DNA from: Macrostomum lignano
Taxonomy: Eukaryota
Reading direction: 5' to 3'
Assembly (NCBI GenBank): GCA_002269645.1
Contig: NIVC01002342.1
Location: forward strand, 1-64,000
Length of the DNA: 64,000 nucleotides
In this document: positions 58,101-64,000 of the stretch, piece after piece
How positions within the stretch are numbered: position 1 is the first letter of the stretch
Layout of the letters: every line of letters starts with the position of its first letter
Position numbers and translations under genes: made by a program
Notes under the pieces: model-generated
Told to the model about the DNA's origin: nothing
What the model saw: only the letters and a program-made list of their open reading frames with translations
Database searches by the model: none

Positions 58101-61100
58101 GAGCTAATTGATTGAGCAAGTGGTGAGCAAGTGATTGAGCAGGTGATTAAGCAGGTGGTTGAGCATGTGATTGAGCAGGTGATTGAGCAGGTGATTGAGC
58201 AGGTGATTAAGCAGGTGGTTGAGCATGTGATTGAGCAAGTGGTGAGCAAGTGGTGAGCAAGTGATTGAGCAAGTGATTGAGCAGGTGATTGAGCAGGTGA
58301 TTGAGCAGGTGATTGAGCTAATTGATTGAGCAAGTGGTTGAGCCAGTGATTGAGCAAGTTATTGAGCAGGTGATTGAGCAAGTGATTGAGCAAGTGATTG
58401 AGCAGGTGATTGAGCAGGTGATTGAGCAGGTGATTGAGCAGGTGATTGAGCAGGTGATTGAGCAAGTGATGAGCAAGTGATTGAGCAAGTGATTGAGCAG
58501 GTGATTGAGCAGGTGATTGAGCAGGTGATTGAGCAAGTGGTTCAGCCAGCGATTGAGCAGCTGATTGAGCTAATTATTTGAGCAAGTGATTGAGCTAATT
58601 ATTTGAGCAAGTGATTGAGCTAATTATTTGAGCAAGTGATTGAGCAAGTGATTGAGCAGGTGATTGAGCAAGTGATTGAGCAAGTTGTGAGCAAGTGATT
58701 GAGATAATTATTTGAGCAAGTGATTGAGCAAGTGGTTGAGCAAGTGATTGGGCTAGTTATTTGAGTAAGTAATTGAGCAGCTGATTGAGCTAGTTATTTG
58801 AGCTGGTGACTGAGTAAGTGGTTGAGTAGATGATCTGCTCACCTCCTGCACGGACAAGCCGGCCTGCTGCAGCGACTTGTCCAGCTCCAGCTGGCTCCAC
58901 ACTCCGGCCCCGGGGCTCAGTCCGGGCAGCAGCGGCCCGGCAACCAGGGGCGGCTCAAATGGCAGCGACTCCAGCAGGGTGAAAAACCATGGCGGGTCGG
59001 TTACCACGATGCGGAGGCGCTTCAGATAGATGATGATGCCCTGAAAAATTGAATATGCGCTTATTGTTCGTGTAGTGCCGAGAATTTTTGCATCACAAGC
59101 TGAGGCGACTCACCCTCTGGTGCAGCCAGTCCAAATCGTGAGTCAAGAAGGTCCGGTCGATCTCCGTGTTGCCCGCCAGCTGGTCCACGGAAACCAGCCG
59201 GCCGCCAGCCTCCTTGCTCGCCAACTTTCGGCACGCAGCGACGACGACTTCTGTGGTCGCCGCGTGCGCTGAGGCCGCAGGCGCCAGCGCGGAGAAGGCG
59301 GCAACCGCAGTCTCTATGAGAGCCTGGCGCAGGTCTCGAAGTCCGCCCTCGCCCCCTCCACCGTCGGCTTCGGCGTCGAAGATGTCCAGCTCTTGGTCGA
59401 AGCGAGTCCGCAGGAACCGCTGCACTCGTTCCGCTGCCACCAGCGACTCCGCTGCGCGCCGCTCCGCTTCGAAGCCCTGCGTCACCGAAGCCGACTCTGC
59501 TGCAGCCAGAGATGCTGCTTCCAGCGCTGCCGCGTTGGCCTTCATGGCATCTTGGACGGCCGAGCGAAGCCGGTCAGCGCCTCCTCGCTGATGGTCGATT
59601 TTGCGGCAAAGGATGCGAAATCGCGTCCGATGCGCACCCTCGTCGCTGACTTCCACGTCTCCTGTCATCTTCAGCTGGTCCAGGTGCTTCTTAATGTCCT
59701 CGTTGGTCAGCGCCTTGTCGATCTGGCAGAAGCCCATCTTCTCGGACACGTCCGCGGCGGCCCAGGAGACGAAGCCGTGCGTCAACTCGGACACATCGCC
59801 GAACAGAGCGCTCGTTCGGACTTGAAAGTCTTGAAGCAAGTCTTGGTTAACGAAAATGCTGACGTGGCAGGCGTCCTTGCTGTCGATCGGGTCCGAGATT
59901 TCCACGGCGAATTGGAACTCTCCGGCGGCTGCGATGGGGATGCTCTGGGTCTTCGTCCTGCCGCCATCGGGCCTGGCGTAGCTGCAGGTCAGCGTGCTGC
60001 GGATGGGGAAAAGCAACTGACTGCAAGCCTGCATAATTTGCAACAAAGTTAATTCGCACCGGCTGCTTACTATTGATTCGGATTTTTGCTGCTGAAGAGC
60101 AGCAGAACTCCCGCTGACTGCTCGAGCTGCTCCTGCAGCTGCGCCAGCTGAGGATTGTCAAAGAATTTTGCCGAAATTTTCCCAATCCCAGCGCTGAAGG
60201 AAGAGCGGCTCGCGCTCTGCACTGAGAAGCCGCACAGGGGAGTCTGCTTCAGCGGCTGCCGGCTCAGAAAGGCGCCGCCTCGGTTTAGCAGGGGTAGCCT
60301 GGAATAGGAAGGCTTGGGATGGTCAAGTCACTGCACCCACTGACACCCAGCCCTGCTCCACCTACACCCAGCCCTGCTCCACTTACACCCAGCCCTGCTC
60401 CACTTACACCCAGCCCTGCTCCACTTACACCCAGCCCTGCTCCACTTACACCCAGCCCTGCTCCACTTACACCCAGCCCTGCTCCACTTACACCCAGCCC
60501 TGCTCCACTTACACCCAGCCCTGCTCCACTTACACCCAGCCCTGCTCCACTTACACCCAGCCCTGCTCCACTTACACCCAGCCCTGCTCCACTTACACCC
60601 AGCCTGCTCCACTTACACCCAGCCCTGCTCCACTTACACCCAGCCCTGCTCCACTTACACCCAGCCTGCTCCACTTACACCCAGCCCTGCTCCACTTACA
60701 CCCAGCCCTGCTCCACTTACAGCCAGCCTGCTCCACTTACACCCAGCCCTGCTCCACTCCCAGCCCTGCTCCATTCACCAGCATCTCCACTTACACAGCT
60801 GCTCCACACACCGCCTGGACTTACACCCAGCTGCTCCACTTTTCTTTGTAATTAAGTTCAATTTCGAGGCGGTCTTCAGCTGCACTGGCGCCTCTCGACT
60901 GACAACAGGAATGGCGGCGGCGGGCTGCTGCAGGACCAGGCGCGGCTCGGTCCTCTTACCTGAGCACTGGGTTCTCCTATGAGTAGTGGATGTGGGATTT
61001 CAGTTGCAATCTTTCTCAGTGCTTATCAGTTGGCTCAAGAACTCACGTACTCAAGAACTCACCCGAGACACGAAGTTGGTCAGACAGGCGGTCACGTGGG

Positions 61101-62940
61101 CGACGGCGCTGTCAAAATCGTTTTCCACGGCGATCACAACCTGATCCGGCTGGCCGGTGAAGAACTGCGTGTTGTAGGCCTGCGCGCGGGGTTGCGAAGG
61201 GGCTGTGAAATTTCATGCACTTTTGATGCTGCAGACAGACAGCAGAACTGATGCTGAAATCCCGCTGATCTGGCCTATTTCGGGCTCTCCAAGGGGACAA
61301 ACAAAGAAGCGGGGGATTTAAATGAGCTTGCAACCTTTCAAATGGAGACGGTGACAGAGTAAGCTCACGTGAAATCCCAATTCTTTCATGTTTATCCGCT
61401 CTGGGATTCATATGTTGGGCATCCTTGTTAAAATAATGAAACGTTTTTTTTCAAGCCATTTTTTGGAGTTGATAAAACGCAGGATTACGCTCACCGACAG
61501 GCACAGCTCAACCGCAGCCACTTTGAGCAGCCCGCCGGCCTCCATAAATTGCGAGTCCGCTGCCGTTCCCCGCACAGCCGGCCTGAGGCGGCACTCCTTC
61601 ACGGTGCGCAGCGGGCTGTACTGCAGGTCCGGCGGCGTCAGGAACAGCAGGCTGGACACTGACAGAGCGGCGGACAGATCCGGCTGCAGCTCGGCCGGGC
61701 TGTCCGGAATGCCGGACAGCAGATCGCTGCGAACTGTCGATTTGGAGCCGAATGTGTTGAGCAGCAGATGGACGGAGTTAGCAGTGAGTCCGGGGCACTG
61801 GCGGATGTCCGCATCCACCGTCAGGGTCTGCAACTCAAAGCAATTGAAGGCAGCTGGTTTCTTTGCCATTCCGTGACTGATGCCTGCACCCATCGCTCTC
61901 ACCTTAGCCACTGCTCACTCACTGCTGCCTGCACCCATCGCTCTCACCTTAGCCACTGCTCACTGACTGATGCCTGCACCCATCGCTCTCACCTTAGCCA
62001 CTGCTCACTGACTGATGCCTGCACCCATCGCTCTCACCTTAGCCACTGCTCACTGACTGATGCCTGCACCCATCGCTCTCACCTTAGCCTCTGCTCACTG
62101 ACTGATGCCTGCACCCATCGCTCTCACCTTAGCCACTACTCACTGACTGATGCCTGCACCCATCGCTCTCACCTTAGCCCGATTCGCATCTCCGCCCTTG
62201 AGAGCCTCGCAGAGCCAGCGAATTCCCTCGTCTGTGATGTGACTTTCGCCCCTGAACGATAGGCGAAAGCGATCGGCTGCAGCCTTCTCGGCCTTCATAG
62301 CCTGCAATGAATTGGGGTTACAGCAACAGCTAAGAATTGTTTGCTGAATTTTGCATAAGTTTTGCTTGTCAAATTTAAAATATTTATGAGAATCTGCCTA
62401 CCAGCGCCGCAGAAAGGTGCTTGAGGGTGAGGTCGGTCAGCAGGCTGGACCAAACCGGCATTATTTCGCTCCTCGGAGCGGCTCCGTCCGAGCTGAAAAA
62501 CACCGTGGAGTCTTCGACCGCAATGTTTTCTAACTTTCTCTGCAAAGTTTAAGTGTTTCAAGAGAGAAATTTAACAAATATTTTGTACATTTGGGGAACT
62601 CCAAGAAAATTCTGGATCGTAGCGTTCTCGGGGCGATCATCCATCTTACCGCCAGCAAGCCGTCTCTCAGTCTGAACCGTTCGAACACGTCAGCCACGAC
62701 CTCCGACTTGGCGGCCTTTCGCAGCGGCTCAACCGACCCGGTTGGCGATTCAAACCTGGGCGAACGCTGCGGCGAAGCCTCCACTGAACGCAGCTCCTGC
62801 TCATTCAAAATGTCGTCATCATCGCTCCCAAACAGGCCGCCATATTTATCCTCAACTCCGAAAGATGACATGCTGTAGGCTGGGCTCCCCGCTCTGTCGC
62901 TTGGCAATCGTTTTAATGGCCTGCGGGGTTGTGATACTTT

Positions 62941-62995
<55 letters not shown>

Positions 62996-63132
62996 AGTGG
63001 CGGTGGCGGCTGCTGCTTCTGTTGCTGCTGAATCTCAGGCAGCGGTGGAGGCTTCTGTAGCAGCTGCGGCGGAGCCTGCTTTGATACCTGACTCCTGGCA
63101 GGCGCCTTTTTGGAAAGGAAATTTTTATCCAT
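46125..63132 (-). CDS. Giant ROCO-family protein (roughly 30 exons, about 3300-3700 aa): polyQ/Pro N-terminus, LRR-like, COR-like, SPRY, LRR, Roc GTPase, COR, two TIR domains, C-terminal CaaX
   Basis: Many junctions were checked and are phase-compatible: 63132-62650; 62301-62173; micro-exon 60976-60960; 60298-60071; 53537|52841; 51350|51263; 49100|49023; 48510|48214; 47687|47332; 47048|46730. Some junctions between 54 and 57 kb and near 50 kb were not fully verified, so two adjacent genes cannot be excluded. Confidence 0.75.
47900..48660 (-). other. TIR domain 2 of the ROCO protein (catalytic-type Glu present)
   Basis: DVFVSYCWANS..DPRRLRERLEAEGIRCWLDVKD|..LFEDISSGLGRCPLVLAFVSDEYQRSANCMMEFRFAAKNLRKPIVTVVVG. 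Confidence 0.85.
48800..49215 (-). other. TIR domain 1 of the ROCO protein (degenerate)
   Basis: RDVCLLFLADD..PEAVAKKLEAEGLS|CY..DCSAVLVFLTKSFGSDKACLNSLFSAKNNLRKKLVYLSVG. Confidence 0.7.
49215..51400 (-). other. Roc GTPase + COR tandem
   Basis: KLMFVGL|GGVGKTSLLRAL (G1), [28 protein letters not shown] (G3), PILVVGTHAD (G4). COR motifs VSFLNDIGSVQYF..KVVINPKWIVDVM and FIYQFDYLPAGLFNR. Confidence 0.92.
51400..52420 (-). other. Leucine-rich repeats preceding Roc
   Basis: LESLTLDRCLITALPASIGQLDRLTMLHLLQLPIRTLPKEFSNLRSLQEL; IPPCLFELTNLRELRLSH; LKKLQRLVLDHNPRLKSL; LQTPPVEVAKRG. Confidence 0.9.
52831..53520. repeat. 28-30 bp intronic minisatellite containing the splice acceptor of the ROCO gene (about 24 copies)
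   Basis: Minus-strand unit CCCCACCCATCCTCAG|CTGATGCTGCCA. Confidence 0.93.
54124..54316. repeat. 12-bp intronic repeat (ATTTCTAATGCT)n
   Basis: Seen directly; gives the IALE / LMLF pseudo-ORFs. Confidence 0.95.
55400..56030 (-). other. SPRY (B30.2-like) domain within the ROCO gene
   Basis: Spliced SFEI|CIENKGVKGNISIGVVPADFPVMAQPGTLPGSVGYSGVDG|R ... LFPCVTMQSPREAVRL. Confidence 0.8.
58070..58800. repeat. 12-bp intronic repeat (TTGAGCAGGTGA)n
   Basis: Seen directly; gives the LLNH / CSIT pseudo-ORFs. Confidence 0.94.
60330..60835. repeat. 21-bp intronic repeat (CCCAGCCCTGCTCCACTTACA)n
   Basis: Seen directly; lies inside the intron 60959-60299. Confidence 0.95.
61880..62180. repeat. 45-bp repeat, 7 copies, each containing the exon/intron donor GCTAAG|GTGAGA
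   Basis: CATCGCTCTCACCTTAGCC recurs at 61891 with 45-bp spacing up to 62161. Confidence 0.93.
62941..63030 (-). repeat. Coding CAG repeat (polyglutamine, about 18 Q) in exon 1 of the ROCO gene
   Basis: (CTG)n on the plus strand; QQQQKQQPPPPLQ18 in ORF 62530-63132. Confidence 0.9.
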
Positions 63133-64000
63133 TCGGTGGACTTCAGAAATTAACGAAGTGACCCTGAAAAAGCATCAGCATCAGAAGCTTCATGCGTGCA
63201 TTGTAAAAGTTTATATATTATGATAAAGCTGCGACAAGAAACCAGAGTGTATTTATAATCCAAAAATGCAGATGAGCAATTCTTTCTAAAAAATATTGGT
63301 GACTGAAAGTTACTAAATAAGTTTTGTTAGCATCTAAATCAGTGCGTGAAATCTAATGAAGTAAATCTCAGAACAAACATAATTTCAGCAGCTTTTCATT
63401 TTGCACTCCCTGCTACTTAAAAGGAAATTGCCAGCGCTATATAGTCTAAAACTATTTCTTTTATGCATCCTAATCAATAATCAAAACAAATTTCTCATGT
63501 GCCTGTGTAACAAATTTAATACTGATGAGTGATGTTACTATTCCGAAAATTAAATCGAAAATTTATAAAATCTCTGTATTGCATGCATATTAAATGTTTC
63601 GAGTGAGTTATGAGTCACAATATGTTGGTCTAATCGAAACTACGTTTAGAAAATTTTAGCCTTTGTCCGTCCAAAGCAAGCAAAAAATCTTGTGCAGTAA
63701 AATTTGAATATGAAAATTTTGCGGCACAGAAATTTGTATTAGCAGCACATTTAAGTGATTGTAGTAAATAAAACCAAATATCAGATGTCAAAAGCTAATA
63801 GACCGCGTAGTATTTATTTATTTAATCGCCGTTTATCTGGCAACCTCTGTAGTGCCTTTAAAAACCGGATTGTATGAATTATGCCTTATCGAACGCGTGC
63901 TCAATTCATACTTGAACTTCAGTTTAAATTAGGTTTGGCTTGTTTACACTGTCAACATAATTTGAGCACATATTTAGCAATAATAAGTGTTATTTTAAGG

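Noticed and set aside
53980-58536. IALE, LMLF, LLNH and CSIT repeat peptides as ROCO coding segments
   Set aside because: The 12-bp repeats lie between canonical donors and acceptors, so they are intronic.
60170-60230. REPLFLQRWDWEN as a degenerate Roc G3 (WDFAG) motif
   Set aside because: That frame hits TGA a few codons later; the splice-compatible frame reads FSAGIGKISAKFFDNPQ.
60840-60959. KLNLITKKSGAAGCKS as a degenerate P-loop exon
   Set aside because: Splice phases do not fit; the region lies inside the intron that starts at 60959.

Overview
Eukaryotic (metazoan) genomic DNA with GT-AG introns, GC-rich exons, TTAGGG repeats and introns packed with minisatellites. This style resembles a free-living flatworm such as Macrostomum, but that is an unverified inference. 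Five protein-coding genes could be spliced by hand. (1) A secreted lectin on the minus strand (492-11081, 1510 aa) with a signal peptide, ten F-type lectin domains each on its own phase 1-1 exon, and a Cys-rich tail; its domain number was expanded by a ~2.7/3.1 kb tandem duplication with a decayed DIRS-type (tyrosine-recombinase) retrotransposon exactly at the junction. (2) An ENPP4/5-like nucleotide pyrophosphatase/phosphodiesterase. (3) A MYND-finger protein. (4) A small Rieske [2Fe-2S] protein. (5) A ~17 kb, roughly 30-exon ROCO gene (46125-63132, minus strand) with the apparent architecture polyQ / LRR-like / COR-like / SPRY / LRR / Roc / COR / TIR(no catalytic Glu) / TIR(Glu) / CaaX; this is the most unusual item in the window. 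The middle (25.1-45.4 kb) is non-coding: a tandem array of two non-autonomous Helitrons with nested minisatellites, tRNA-like motifs and TTAGGG tracts, set in a 19-bp satellite and a foldback element. Most long ORFs in the supplied track are artefacts of tandem repeats. All exon models and domain names are by eye; no database search was run.
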